The notes under the pieces were generated by a model, which saw only the letters and a program-made list of their open reading frames with translations, ran no database searches and was not told the DNA's origin. A DNA stretch of 64,000 nt from Octopus vulgaris (lineage: Eukaryota): NCBI GenBank assembly GCA_951406725.2, contig OX597819.1, positions 51,584,001 through 51,648,000 on the forward strand, read 5' to 3'. The position numbers were made by a program, and so were the translations under genes. Below are positions 13,009 to 26,346 of this stretch, piece after piece; the stretch's first letter is position 1; each line of letters starts with the position of its first letter.

Positions 13009-13041
<33 letters not shown>

Positions 13042-13045
13042 ATAT

Positions 13046-14415
13046 TTTTCTTTCTAGTTTCAGCTCAGAGCTGCGGCCATGCTGATGCACCGCCGTTTTG
13101 CTACATTGTTATTACTAAGAGCCTCTTCTAATATGCGGTACTTGGTGACGAATGGAGTTTGATATAGCTACTCTCATTTGCACCTCTTGCCGTGAGGTAG
13201 GTTTATCTGGGACTCTCGACAGGAAGAAGTCCACCTTTGATTTAAAAACCCCTACATCTACTTTGTGCAGGTTCCTCAGACTCTTCGAGAGAATATTAAA
13301 AAAGTGGGGTCCCCTGAAACCCAGGCTGTTGCAGTAACTGGTCCTGAAGCGCGGTGGCGTTGCTGGGATATTTGGCACTATGATGTGTCATCCCGTTCTG
13401 GAATTGGTGTAGCTTTCAATGCCAAAATTTGGCACAATTCCTTCCAGGATCTTCCAGATGTATATTACTGCATACATCTCCCGTCTTCTTTACAGGGAGT
13501 AGAGTTTTAGCTGTTTCAACTTTTCCCAGTAGCTGAGCTGTTGTAAAGAGACGATCTTCTCTGTAAATCCTCTCTGGATTGCTTCAAGGTCCGCTGTTAA
13601 TTTCACACTGGTGGGTGACCATAGCTGTGAGTAGTAATCCAGGCGGCTGAAGACGAATGTCCGCCAGAGGACCATCATGGTTTCCTTATCTCTGGTTCTG
13701 AATGTTCTTAGGATCCATCCAGCCAGTCGTCTGCACTTTGTCGCCATCCTGGTGATGTGCACTTGGAAAGAGGTATCATCACTTATGTCCTTACCCAGGT
13801 CCCTCACTGATTTAGGCTCTGGGATCGTAATTCCCTGTGGACAGGTGTACTCTGTAAGTTTAATATTCAGTTTTGGATGCTGGTAGCGCAGGGCTTGAAC
13901 TTTTTCAGCATTAAACTGCATATTATTATCCTCAGCCCATCTGTAAATCGAGTCCAACTCCTGCTGCAGGTGTGCAACATCACTGGGGTTCTGTATTTTC
14001 TGCGAGACTTTCGTATCATCTGCATAGCTTGCAAGAGTTGCTATCCGGGCATTTGAGGGCATATCTGAGAGGGCCACTATAAAAAGTAGTGGTCCCAAGA
14101 CAGTGCCCCGTGGAACACCGCTCACTATTTGTGTGTTCATAGAGGTGGCTACATTAGTCACTACTGCCTGACTCCTATCTTTCAGGAAGTCATGTAACCA
14201 CTCTCCAAGTTTTCCAGCTATGCCAAGGTCACGCAGTTTGTGGCATATCATACCATGATCCACCTTGTCAAAAGCTTTTGCAAAATCAAAGTATATTATG
14301 TCCACATTTGATTTGTTGAGTAACTGCCTCAACACCCAGTCATAATGTTGTTAAGTGCTGAAATCATGCAGCTCCTACCTGGTCGAAAGCCATGCTGGGT
14401 ATCACTCAGCAAGTT
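13046..14415 (-). mobile_element. 5'-truncated non-LTR retrotransposon (CR1/L2/Jockey-group LINE): disrupted RT C-terminal half plus 3' UTR
   Basis: ORF 13490-14335 has RT motifs YFDFAKAFDKVDH, SGVPRGTVLGPLLF, YADDTK, VRDLG, RLDYYSQLWSP; upstream QHGFRPGRSC; frame-broken continuation to 13115 (GPHFFNILSKSLRN, FKSKVDFFL). Confidence 0.93.
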
Positions 14416-14682
14416 ATTTTCATCGTTACCACCACCACCACCACCATCAACAATAATAGCTATAATATCCCAACCACCGCCACTGTTATCATTAAACACC
14501 GCTTACACCAACACCACCACCACCACCATTGTCGCCACTACGAGCAGCGACAATCATAACGAAATCGCCATCACCAACACCACCTACACCAACACCACCT
14601 CCACTACTACCACCACTAACATCACCACCAGCAGTAGTACTGTAACGAAATGTCTATCAGCGCTACCATAATCATTAAAGAC

Positions 14683-14852
14683 CTACCAACACCGACACCG
14701 CCAACATCACATCAACACCCACCAGAACCAACGCCAACACCGCCAACATCACATCAATACCCACCAGAACAAACACCAACACCAACACCACCAACATCAC
14801 ATCAACGCCCACCAGAACCAACACCAACACCACCAAGATCACATCAACACCC
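14683..14852 (+). repeat. ~42-bp C/A-rich minisatellite, ~4 copies, within an (ACC)n-rich tract
   Basis: accaacaccaacaccgccaacatcacatcaacacccaccaga repeated. Confidence 0.85.
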
Positions 14853-15220
14853 AACCAGCACCAACAGCGACACCACTACACTCTGTCATAACTCTTCTGT
14901 AACCTGACAATGTCGGCTGACAATCGCTGACACCATTAAACATTACCTTCATTATTTAGTTCCAGGCCGCTTCTGTCATCAACGTTTAAAATGCGCCATC
15001 TTATATACAGTCAATCAACGCACTCTATATATATTCCTGTATAGTTCAACACTTCACGTCGTTATTTTCCCTTATCCCCGTAGTTCTCTTCTTCTCCCAC
15101 TTCACATTTCACTAAACAGACCCTTATATTCTCTCACCCATATCACTTACACAATTCGGGGTGTATACGAGTGTGGGCAGGTCTGTCTGAGTGCGTGTAC
15201 ACGGGGATGTGCGTGTGTGT

Positions 15221-15251
<31 letters not shown>

Positions 15252-15457
15252 AGTGTGTATGCTGTGTGTTGATCACTCATTCTTTCGTTCGTTGCTAATA
15301 TGTGTCTGTATGTCTACCCCAATCTCTCTTACTTTTTTCAATGTGCACGTGCGTGTGCGTATGCGTGTGCGTATGCGTGTGTGCATGTATGTGTGTGTGT
15401 GTGTATACTACACTGTCACACACACACATTATATATATATATATGTATGTATGTATG

Positions 15458-15493
<36 letters not shown>

Positions 15494-15542
15494 TGTATGT
15501 ATGTATGTATGTATGTATGTATGTATGTATGTATGTATGTTG

Positions 15543-15573
<31 letters not shown>

Positions 15574-16491
15574 TCTCCTTACTTTCCTGCAAAGTACTTA
15601 ACTAAGTTATACACGGTACCTACGCTGAATTGTTAATCAATGAAGGGCATACCAAGTTTATTATAACATGATTTCTGTATACCTACCCGAGCATACGTCA
15701 TGCCATTTTAAATGTCCCGGAAAGAACATACACCACTATTACCACCACAACCACCACCAACACCATCACAAAGAAATACATCTGGAGAAGTAAGGAGTAA
15801 CTGAATGTAATAACACTCTACTTAAGACAACCTATTTTGGACACCTCTACATGGTTGCACTCGCAATAATTTCCTTCTATTTCTTTCAATACTTGCACTA
15901 GCATATCGAACGAGTAAAGAAAGGTGTTTTGATAAATCGAGAGTAGGTTCGTGCGCTAGCTTATCTTCCTGTGCCTTCATACTTTCTGCTGTATAATACC
16001 AATAGAGAAACCATTTAAACTGTTCTATAATGCACTACCTTGGACGCTTCTAAATGTTTATGAACACTGATTGCTTTGCGAAGACGTCCATCAATCAGAT
16101 TAACAGATGACACAGAATGTCACCGAGAACCCTCCTATGCCGTGGAAGATATAAATGAGTGGAGTATAAGAATCAATGAATTTAAGTAAGCCAGATCCGA
16201 CGATGAATATCTATAAGCAAATATTCTTGCTGTGTTCAGGAAAATGAGGAAACGATCTCTGATGAAACAGCGAAAAACAATGCTGCAAGTCAAATCGATT
16301 TCTTTCTTTTCTGACCATAAAGAGTATAATAAATGGTTTAAATCACAGGTTTTGCTCTACCTATGTATCTACTTATCTATATATGTATCTAACCTTTCCC
16401 ATAAGGTAGGTTAGATACACATATAGATAAGGTAGGTTAGATACATATATACATAAGATATAGATTATTTAATCCCTAATGTGAATCTAGT

Positions 16492-16742
16492 GGAGGCACG
16501 TGGCTTAATGGTTAGGGTGTCAGCATCATAATCGTAAGATCGTGGTTTCGATTCCTGGACCGGGCGACGCGTTGTGTTCTTGAGCAAAACACTTCATTTC
16601 ACGTTGCTCCAGTCCACTCAGCTGGCAAAATTGAGTAACGCTGCGATGGACTGGCGTCCCGTCCAGCAGGGGAACACATACACCATAGAAACCGGGAAAC
16701 CGGGCCCATGAGCCTGGCTAGGCTTTAAAAAGGCGCATTTAT
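16492..16742 (+). mobile_element. tRNA-derived SINE, head D + tail 1
   Basis: ggaggcacgtggcttaatggttaggg...ggtttcgattcc; gttgtgttcttgagcaaaacacttc body; gcgatggactggcgtcccgtccag...gaaaccgggaaaccggg tail (resembles Nin/Deu/V-SINE type domains). Confidence 0.9.
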
Positions 16743-16746
16743 TTCT

Positions 16747-17045
16747 GGAAGCGCAATGACCCAGTGGTTAGGACAGCGGATTCACGGTCGGAGGATCGCA
16801 GTTTCGATTCCCAGACTGGGTGTTGTGTGTGTTTATTGAGCGAAAGCACCTGAAGCTCCACGAGGCTCCGGCAGGGGGGGGGGCGACCCCTGTTGTACTC
16901 TTTCGCCACAACTTTCTCTCACTCTCTCTTCCTGTTTCTTGAGTAACGCTGCGATGGACTGGCGTCCCGTCCAGCTGGGGGAAACACATACGCCACTGAA
17001 ACCGGGAAACCGGGCCCATGAGCCTGGCTAAGCTTGAAAAGGGTG
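16747..17045 (+). mobile_element. tRNA-derived SINE, head C + tail 1
   Basis: ggaagcgcaatgacccagtggttaggacagcgg...gtttcgattcccag; same tail as 16492-16742. Confidence 0.9.
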
Positions 17046-17119
17046 ACGGTTATCGTTTTTAATGTGAATCTAACATCCTAGAATTGACTACACAGACACA
17101 CACACACATATATAGATAA

Positions 17120-17178
<59 letters not shown>

Positions 17179-17399
17179 GCTAGATAGATAGATAGATAGA
17201 TAGACATACATACACATACAGTTAGTTAGTTAATTTGGCTCAAAAGCAAATAGGGTGGCCAAATGTTGGTTTACAGTTATTCAACTATCAGGGTTAAAAA
17301 TGCGTACTTACTAAAAGTGCACACTCATCAGTATGCTCCACATTTTAATATATTATAGAAACTCTATATAGCACTCATTAATTATATAAAATACATCAA

Positions 17400-17974
17400 T
17401 TGATTTCAAATTTTGGCACACGGACAGCAATTTCGAGGAAGGGGTAAGTCGTTTGCATTGTACCAGTTTAACTGGTACAACATTACTGGTATAATATAAG
17501 TACCAGTTTGACTGGTACTTATTTTATCGTCCCCGAAAGGATAGAAGGCGATGTCGAAATCAGAACATGTAGACAGACGAAATGCCTATTTCTTGACTAC
17601 CCACAAGGGCTACACACAGAGAGGACAAACAAGGACAGACAAACGGATTAAGTAACTGGTACTTAATTTATCGACCCCGAAAGGATGAAAGGCAAAGTCG
17701 ACGTCGGTGGAATTTGAACTCAGAACGTAACGGCAGATGAAATACCTATTTCTTTACTACCCACAAGGGGCGAAACACAGAGAGGACAAACAAGGACAGA
17801 CATAGGTATTAAGTCGATTACATCGACCCCAGTGTGTAACTGGTACATAATTTATCGACCCCGAAAGGATGAAAGGCAAAGTCGACCTCGGCGGAATTTG
17901 AACTCAGAACGTAACGGCAGACGAAACACCGCTAAGCGTTTCGCCCGGCGTGCTAACGTTTCTGCCAGCTCGCC
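17400..17974 (-). mobile_element. SINE family B with triplicated internal module
   Basis: Three blocks actggtact...tatcgaccccgaaaggatgaaaggcaaagtcgac...cagaac at ~17510, 17655, 17840 and a single head ending at 17974. Confidence 0.9.
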
Positions 17975-18773
17975 AAATGCATCTACTTAAGCATGACTGC
18001 AGTGTTATGCAAATTAAGCACTCTATCCGAATGCGGGCATGTTATAACGACTATAAACGGTTATATGCAGTAATTGTGTCTATGGAGAGACAACTACATA
18101 ATCGACTATTAATCAAATAGTAAAATAAATAGAAACTAGCCAAGGTAAATTCACCTTTCTAGTCAGAGAGAGAAAAATTCGTTATTTACTTCTGGTACTA
18201 ATTTTCACAGAGCATTAGCAATTTGTGTTTACTAAAATTATGTATTCCTTAATCTAATGTATTTGTATATAGTGTATACGCTGTGTCCAAGATTCTTCCA
18301 TTCCATTTTATTTCCTTCTCAGAGACTTTGTTCTTATATCTCCAATTACTTAATTAACTGATTAATTAATTAATTAATTAATTAATTAATTAATTAATTT
18401 TAAACTTCTTGTTGAGCACTCTTAGCGGAAAAATGCTTCACGTTTAGATGAATTAAAACGTGCAGTGTTAAGCACTTGTGTATTCAGTTATACACATGCG
18501 CACGCACGTGCACACAGACACAGAAATACACACACACACACATACACCAATACGCACACAAACACACACTCATATGCACATACAAACGCAAATACGCATG
18601 CACACTAGCACACATACACAAGCATATATATATATATATATATATATATACAGGTATATGCACACATACATATTTACGCGTATATATATATATATGCACA
18701 TAAACATATCTATATATCATATATTCATATATATACGTATATATACATACATATATATATATACACATATATA

Positions 18774-18818
<45 letters not shown>

Positions 18819-19361
18819 TATAGATATACATATGCATATATATACATATCTATCCGTATATATATATTTCTTATATATACATATGCATGTATGTTTGTCC
18901 ATATAGGAGTGTATGTGTGTGTATAATTTTCTACATGGAAATGTATAAGCGATGATGATAACTCATTACATTAATCTTTTCAGCGTGGAAAGAGAAATAA
19001 TCATTATATACAAATGGAATCTTGAATAAATAATGTTTTACTTACATTTATATTTTATTTAGTAGAACGGCACGATTTGATGGTTGCATATGAATGGTGT
19101 GTGTAAATAATTAAAAACTGCTTTTTCTTTATTACTTGTATTAACTCGAAATTTCATTAGAATCTTTAGGTGATTAATGACTGTCTAAATAGTTTAAATA
19201 ATCTATTATTTGCAAAGAGTAAACATTTATGGTGATGTACACGCTTATAACGGCGAGTTCAATTAGAGAATATTGACGTGTTATTACATAAAGACGCACT
19301 GTGATTAACAAAGTGCTTCACTTTGAAAAGAAAGAAAAATATACATATATATAAATAATAC

Positions 19362-19420
<59 letters not shown>

Positions 19421-19421
19421 G

Positions 19422-19484
<63 letters not shown>

Positions 19485-19667
19485 ATGGAACGGCAGTCAT
19501 GAGATAATGTACAACATAACCAATAAGTGTGATAATTAAAATGTAACAGCAAATGAGATAATGATTGACATAAATATACATTGTGTATATACGCATGCGT
19601 ACTTACGCTCGACAAAAAATTAGGTAGTGGATATACATTGAGAATAATAGCTTTAATTATTCATAAC

Positions 19668-19772
19668 TTAGGCATGATACCACAACATTGTGTTAGAGAT
19701 GCAGTGGTTATTCGACGAGCATTTCATTTGAATCGCTCCGAATGGATGAATGGCAATATCAAGCTTCCCTGG
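19668..19772 (-). CDS. Candidate terminal coding exon (PGKLDIAIHPFGAIQMKCSSNNHCISNTMLWYHA*)
   Basis: Acceptor atccctatag, phase 0, unique sequence, open to TAA; no homology recognised. Confidence 0.25.
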   Translation of the reverse strand, partial: PGKLDIAIHPFGAIQMKCSSNNHCISNTMLWYHA

Positions 19773-19842
19773 CTATAGGGATATTTACTGTATATGTCTA
19801 CAAATCATAAATCTCTGAACGAGATATAAACAGTAACCGCTC

Positions 19843-20158
19843 GACAACGTAAGGGGTATTAGCCATCTGAATGTGGCTAGCCACTGGGGAGGTGTTACTA
19901 ATGCTTTTAGCCCCAGGCGATCAACGTCACCAGAAGGACTTTAGACACTATCTCAGTGCCCTTGTGTTATTTGCGAATCGGGTCTTCGAGGGAGGATGAC
20001 CTCCCTTTGCAAATAACACAAGGGCACTGAGATAGTGTCTAAAGTCCTTCTGGTGACGTTGATCGCCTGGGGCTAAAAGCATCAGTAACATCCCCCCCCC
20101 CACACACACACCCCTAGTGGCTAGCCACATTCAGATGGCTAATACCCCTTACGTTGTC
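19843..20158. repeat. Inverted repeat with ~130-150-bp arms and a ~34-bp spacer holding its own hairpin
   Basis: gacaacgtaaggggtattagcc...cttgtgttatttgc / gcaaataacacaag...ggctaataccccttacgttgtc; spacer agggagg-atga-cctccct. Confidence 0.95.
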
Positions 20159-20716
20159 TACGAACCAATCGTTAGTCAAAGTGAGTAGTGAAGAAAACCT
20201 ATAGCGTTTCGACGATTTCTTCTGTAGCCTTTTTTAAGGAACAGCTTGATGTACAGGGTGAACAGTGAAAAATGGCGTCGGAGAACGTAATGATCAAGAG
20301 TTGTAGTTGAGAAAGATTTAACTGACACGGAAGACTCAAAGCCTCAAAAGATGATTGGAAAAGATTTGAGTGTTTTATGATGATTCACGCCGGGTGTCAA
20401 AAAAGTCGCATCATAACTGCTACCCAATGCTCTGTGAAACTTTGTAAAAGCTGTAAGACGTGTCATGGATTCATGAGAACCAAGTTCCTCCAGAATGTGA
20501 TATCTGTAGGTGTATCTTCAGTGAAGGTGCGTTATGGCACCCCACACTTTTGACTCAGTTCAGACAGCTGTGTGAAAGTAATGGAGACTGTGGTCAAACC
20601 GTAGCTGGAGAAGATGGTTGCTAGATAGTTGTATGTGTGGCAACAGGATTCGACTTCTTGCCATACGTCCGGAAAGAGTTAGAAGTGGTTGTCAGAGAAT
20701 ACACATACATACATAC

Positions 20717-20847
<131 letters not shown>

Positions 20848-21489
20848 GTTAAACCTGGTACTTATTCTATCAGACTCTTAGACCGAACCACCAAGTTACG
20901 GGAGCGTAAACACACCAACATCGGTTGTCAAATGGTGGTGGGGAACAAACACACACACACACAAACATGTAAACTTTCCGGAGTATGCTCAATGTCTTTG
21001 TACCAGACATCTCTCAAGTGTGCGCGCGTGTGTGTGTATGTGTGAATGCATAGTTGTGTACGTGTGTGCATGAGCGTGTGTCTGTGTGAGTGTATGAGTA
21101 TGTACATGTATCTGTATGCTTTTATTTGTCACCATCACCACTTACGAACAGATGTTGATTTGTTTACGTACCCGTAACTTAACGACTCAGCGGAAGAAAA
21201 CGATAGAATAAACACCAGACTTTAACAATAAGTACTAAGCCCTTCAATATGGTGCCCCAGAATGGCCGCAGTCCAGTGACATGAATTTAGATAAATAGGT
21301 TACGGTGGATTAACTGAATGATATAGACGCAAAGCTATTAAATTGATTTAAATTTCCACTCACGGAAAATAAAGGCACAAACGTGACCTCGATTGCCAGC
21401 AACTAAAGGCGGTGCTCCAGCATGGACGCAGTCGAATGACTGAAACAAGTAAAAGAGTAAATAGAGTGTACCATATTTCCGGGGGGGGG

Positions 21490-21796
21490 GTGACGCTTGT
21501 GGCAGGTCTTCCAGATCGCCCATCGTCTTCCAGGGGCGTTATTCCGGTTTTGGAGCGCCCGTGCCACTCGAAATATCGCGTGCGACCCATTGCCTCGTCA
21601 CCGTAAGCTCTTCGAAGCGTGATCAATGTCTTTGTAGCAGACTTCCCAATTTTAATGCAAAATTTCACGTTGATTCTTTGTTCTTGTCCATAATAACGCA
21701 GCGATGTCACTCGGCACACTGTGTACGCAACTGTGTGCTGTCATCTGTTGGTGCGCTTCAAAACTAGTCCGGTAGTTTTTTGATACTATCTCGTAG
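21490..21796 (-). mobile_element. Mariner transposon 5' fragment (TIR + N-terminal HTH)
   Basis: EQRINVKFCIKIGKSATKTLITLRRAYGDEAMGRTRYFEWHGRSKTGITPLEDDGRSGRPATS; TA-cgagatagtatcaaaaaactaccggac terminus. Confidence 0.9.
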
Positions 21797-22284
21797 TATA
21801 TCGCACAACACATTGCCAATTTTTTTCAACCACCGGAGTATGTTGGGACTATGGAAGAAAAGTTTATATTACACAGAATGTATAAAACGAGACCAAGCTA
21901 AGAGTCTGAAAACAAGCATGGACACTTACGATACACTTATGAAAATGCTTTGGTCAGGCAAAAGGTTAATTACAATATCTGTACGTTGTGTAAATACGGA
22001 TCTCAACGACAAAAATAATTTCTTTACGAAGTTTTACGTGGCCTTAGAATGTGGGACGGCTAATCTCCATGCCGTCTCATTGTTTGCACTGCTACAGGAA
22101 ATTGCCAGGATGACATCACAATGTATACATGTAAACATTTGCATTTGAATAAAAGTGGTCGTTCATATTTCGTACATTTCACTCCTTCTCTCTCTCGATT
22201 TTTTTCTCTATAAGTGCGTGTATATATGTACATGTACGTACGTATATGGAAGTGCATGTGTGCATAGATTCACACACACAGTTA

Positions 22285-22345
<61 letters not shown>

Positions 22346-22374
22346 CATAACATAGTTAAGAACAGAATTTTTAC

Positions 22375-22425
22375 CATTTGCTTCACATGAGATTGTATAA
22401 ATGTTTCTAAAGGCTCCTCCAGCTC
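22375..22425 (-). CDS. Candidate internal exon (ELEEPLETFIQSHVKQM; an alternative acceptor 4 nt upstream gives TGAGGAFRNIYTISCEAN)
   Basis: ttttcgaagacag acceptor, atg/gtaaaa donor; 51-nt unique island between microsatellites. Confidence 0.35.
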
Positions 22426-22807
22426 CTGTCTTCGAAAATATACATTTTACCGACATCCATACATAGACACACGTTTGTGTGTGTCCCTGTGTATGTGTAT
22501 TTGTGTATGTATGTATACATACATACATACATTTACATACACACACAGGCCACACACACACATATGTACGCGCATGTATATTGATATATAAATATATGTG
22601 TGTGCATTTATTTATATATATGTGAGTGTATATGTGCATATACCCACACACACTCTAGCAGATGTATATATATATATATGTACCTGTATGTAGATGTAGA
22701 TCTGTGTATATGCTGTTCTTTTAATATCGTTGTGGTTAAGTGTATATATAAAATACTAACATACATGCAAACACGCAAATATATATATATATATACATAT
22801 ATATACA

Positions 22808-22850
<43 letters not shown>

Positions 22851-22941
22851 ATATATAACTGTATGTATACATAATTATGTATTTATTGTATGTTTAAGCA
22901 TATACCTATTTGTGTCTACACACAATGGAGACACATGTGTA

Positions 22942-22979
<38 letters not shown>

Positions 22980-23122
22980 CAAACATAGAGAAATACATAC
23001 ACAAATATCTATTCATATATCTCTATGAATAATATTTTTATGCATTCATGCAGAAATGAACAAATAAACTGTAAGGTGTTTGGGGTACACACACACTCAC
23101 ACACGCACACAAGCATTCGCTG

Positions 23123-23184
<62 letters not shown>

Positions 23185-23712
23185 GTATACATATACGCAA
23201 ACATATTTGTGTGTGTAACCATATGTATATGCATATATATGTACAGATATAGATATATTGATATATACATTCATATATATACATATACATATACGCCAAG
23301 ATTTATACGCACACGCGTATGTATGTATGTATGTATGTATGTATGTATATATCTACGAATGTATTCATGCATACATATACTTATATTCTATATGTTATGC
23401 ATTATGTATGTATATAATTCTTTCTATCGCTATATGCTTGTATTTATTTGTATTTACATTTTTTTTAGTATATATTTATTTATGATTATCTGTGAAAGAA
23501 CATGTACATACATATATTAACTTGCATGCAAGTATGCGCGTGTGTGTATGAATTTATATACATATATACATACATATACATAAACAAAATGTGTGCATGT
23601 ATATATATTCAATTTATCTATCCACATACATTCTTAGGAAATGTGCCAAATCGAATTTTGTACGTTTTCAAGCAAAAGATCTATTTTATTTTCCAAAGAG
23701 AAAAAAAATCAC

Positions 23713-23769
<57 letters not shown>

Positions 23770-23970
23770 CATACATATATACGTATACACACATATATTT
23801 GAGAAAATATCCGATATTCCTCTTCTTTGAGTATTTCGTTATTTCTCTTTCAAATTTTTTACTGTTTTTTTTTTTACCTTCAGCTATTTCTTTTTGTTAT
23901 TTTGTTATTGTTGTTGTTTTACCTTGTTGTTTTTGAAACCTTTATTTTTTTATTAGTATTTTTTTTTTAC

Positions 23971-24096
23971 CTCCAGAAGCAGAAGAGTGAAACAGTTGAC
24001 TGTTATATCTGCCATTTTTAGCTTTCGATTTACCAAGCTGCTTGCTGACTTTGTGCAGAGGCCATCAACAAATATTTGAATTGCTCCTGCAGTTTT
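23971..24096 (-). CDS. Candidate internal exon (KTAGAIQIFVDGLCTKSASSLVNRKLKMADITVNCFTLLLLE)
   Basis: atatttatag acceptor, gag/gtaaaa donor, 126 nt, open phase 0-0, unique sequence. Confidence 0.35.
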
Positions 24097-24534
24097 CTAT
24101 AAATATTTGGAACCTTGTATCATTGAATATTCTAGAATAAGCTAAAGGATATGGAAAAGATGGTGGGAAAGAAGAAGAAGAAGAACAACAACAACATCAA
24201 CCACAAAAAGAAAAAGATAAAAATAAGTGACCAACTAACCACGCTTCGGACGAATTAACTCTTCAACTAGTTTGGCTCGTATATGACTTTTGTCGTACAC
24301 ATTGAAAGCAATAAAATTTTCTTAAGTGGCTATTGCTGTTTGGTTGTGCATGTATATCTATGTATATATGAATATCTATATATGTAGATATATGTTCATA
24401 TACACACACGCACTAACGCACACACATACAACATACTCTTACAAACACACAAACAATGCACACACACACACAAGCACAAACGCAGGTATACACACACGCG
24501 CACACACCCTTACATGTGTGTTGTGTGTGTATGT

Positions 24535-24792
24535 GAGGACGCGTGGCCTAGTGGTGAGGCTGTTGCACTCACGATCTAGTGATCGTGTGTTCGATTCTGA
24601 GACGGTCGGCGCGTTGTATTCTTTAGCAAAACACTTCCTTTTACCTTGCTCCAGTTCTCCTTACGATTAAGGAGTAAGGTTGGCCTGCTCGACTAGCCAG
24701 CGGCGTGGTGTCATTCGAAAGCTAAACTGATGCAAAGCCTATTGTGGCCATCGATGTGTAACAACCTCTGATAGTCTGTTAGGTCACGTGAT
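24535..24792 (+). mobile_element. tRNA-derived SINE, head D + tail 2
   Basis: gaggacgcgtggcctagtgg...gttcgattc...gcgttgtattctttagcaaaacacttc; tail ggcctgctcgactagccagc...ggtcacgtgat shared with 59279-59387. Confidence 0.8.
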
Positions 24793-24804
24793 ATATATAT
24801 ATAT

Positions 24805-25005
24805 AGGGAGAATTCACAAAAAAAAAACAAAAGACGAAGACAGGCGGTGTAGAAATCAAACAGGTGTATTAGTATAACGCTCGGGAATCGAAAAAGTCCA
24901 TAACGTTTCGAGCCTACGCTCTTCCACAGAAAGGAACACAGAAAGAAACAAGGAAAGATACAAGGAGACAAAAAAAACGTGTGTAGTGGCTAGCGATCTA
25001 TCATG
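24805..25005 (-). mobile_element. HHR-bearing mini-element (family P)
   Basis: Minus strand ctttCTGTGGAaGAGCgtagGCTCGAAACgtt at ~24898-24933, then gagcgttatactaatacacctg...ttctcccta(ta)n. Confidence 0.8.
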
Positions 25006-25056
25006 GTGATACATATATATATCCGCATGTGTGTATTTGTGTGTGTATGTATGTGT

Positions 25057-25123
<67 letters not shown>

Positions 25124-25917
25124 TTTGTTCAGATGCAATAGATTACGAAACTGTTTTATTCCAAACAGAAATTTATAAAACATTGTGATATAAGCGAGAT
25201 GTGCTCAATAAATTTAACCGTATACCGGAGGGAGAAAGGGGGAGAAACATGGACATAACGAAGCCATAAACAGATAGATGATAAATAAGGTCTATATAAA
25301 GAGAACAGAATTTTCCATAGATCGAATGAATTAGAATTAATAAAGGTAAAACGATATTTTCTGAAAAATATAGATTATGAGTAGGGAAAAGAAAATCAAG
25401 GACTAATTTGAGTTAAGATTGTGAAAGGATAGATTATACACTAAATGGCAGTTATATGTTAATTGAGAAATATTAAAGTGTGAATCAAGTCGTGATAAAA
25501 TATTTAGGTAAAAATGTGTGACAAAGGGAAAGGAAAGGAAGACGAAATGGTAAGAAACGATATTGATAAGATTAAAGAATTATTAGTACAAAGAAGATTA
25601 TGCTATTAATATAACATTTAAAATGTATCTAGAAACAGTATTATAGAAGATATTTCATGTTGTTCGTAAATAAATTATAAATATGTTGGGCGGATATTAT
25701 CTAAGAATAGTTGTTTGACAATTAGATCAAAATAGGATAAATTATATTATATAGCTAAGAAAATAAATATTATGTATTCTTGTCTCGAGAAATAAGTCGT
25801 ATATCTACAGAAAGGGAGAAGAATACAGCACATATTCTAAGTCAACACAGTAAAACTGTTTAAGCGTTAGGCAAGGGAATTAATTACAAGACCGGAAACT
25901 ATGATTTGAAGGACCGG

Positions 25918-26039
25918 GACCTAAAAATGCCTAAAATTTAAAGCGTCTTAAAAGGACCTCGACCTGAAAATGCCTAAAATTTAAAGCATCTTAAAAGGAC
26001 CTTGACCTAAAAATGCCTAAAATTTAAAGCATCTTAAAA
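25918..26039 (+). repeat. 43-bp tandem repeat, ~2.8 copies
   Basis: gacctaaaaatgcctaaaatttaaagcatcttaaaaggacctt starting at 25918, 25961, 26004. Confidence 0.95.
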
Positions 26040-26346
26040 ATGGTTTATCCTTTTTACTGCGGAAACGAGATATATCCAGTCAAAATGTCATTACCCTTCA
26101 GTGCGGAATGCAGTTTATATACTTATATATCTTTTGTTAAGGAATGTAATGTGTGAAACTATCATTTTTGTGATGGGTGAGGGGATATATATTGAGTTTA
26201 TTGAGACAATGTGAGATGCAGAATATATCAACTCTACTCTTTGGTGCATATTTAATATCATTACTGCGAAATTAAATTTCGAAGTTGAAGGGATTAATGA
26301 ATGATATAATTACAATGAACAAATACTGCAACATATTTCGTCTGAC

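Noticed and set aside
16492-16570. tRNA-like sequences at SINE heads (also ~340-430, ~38560-38600)
   Set aside because: A/B boxes present but no complete cloverleaf; they continue into SINE bodies or are decayed
25918-26039. 43-bp and 20-bp (34170-34343) repeats as CRISPR-like arrays
   Set aside because: Head-to-tail repeats with no unique spacers, no cas genes, eukaryotic context
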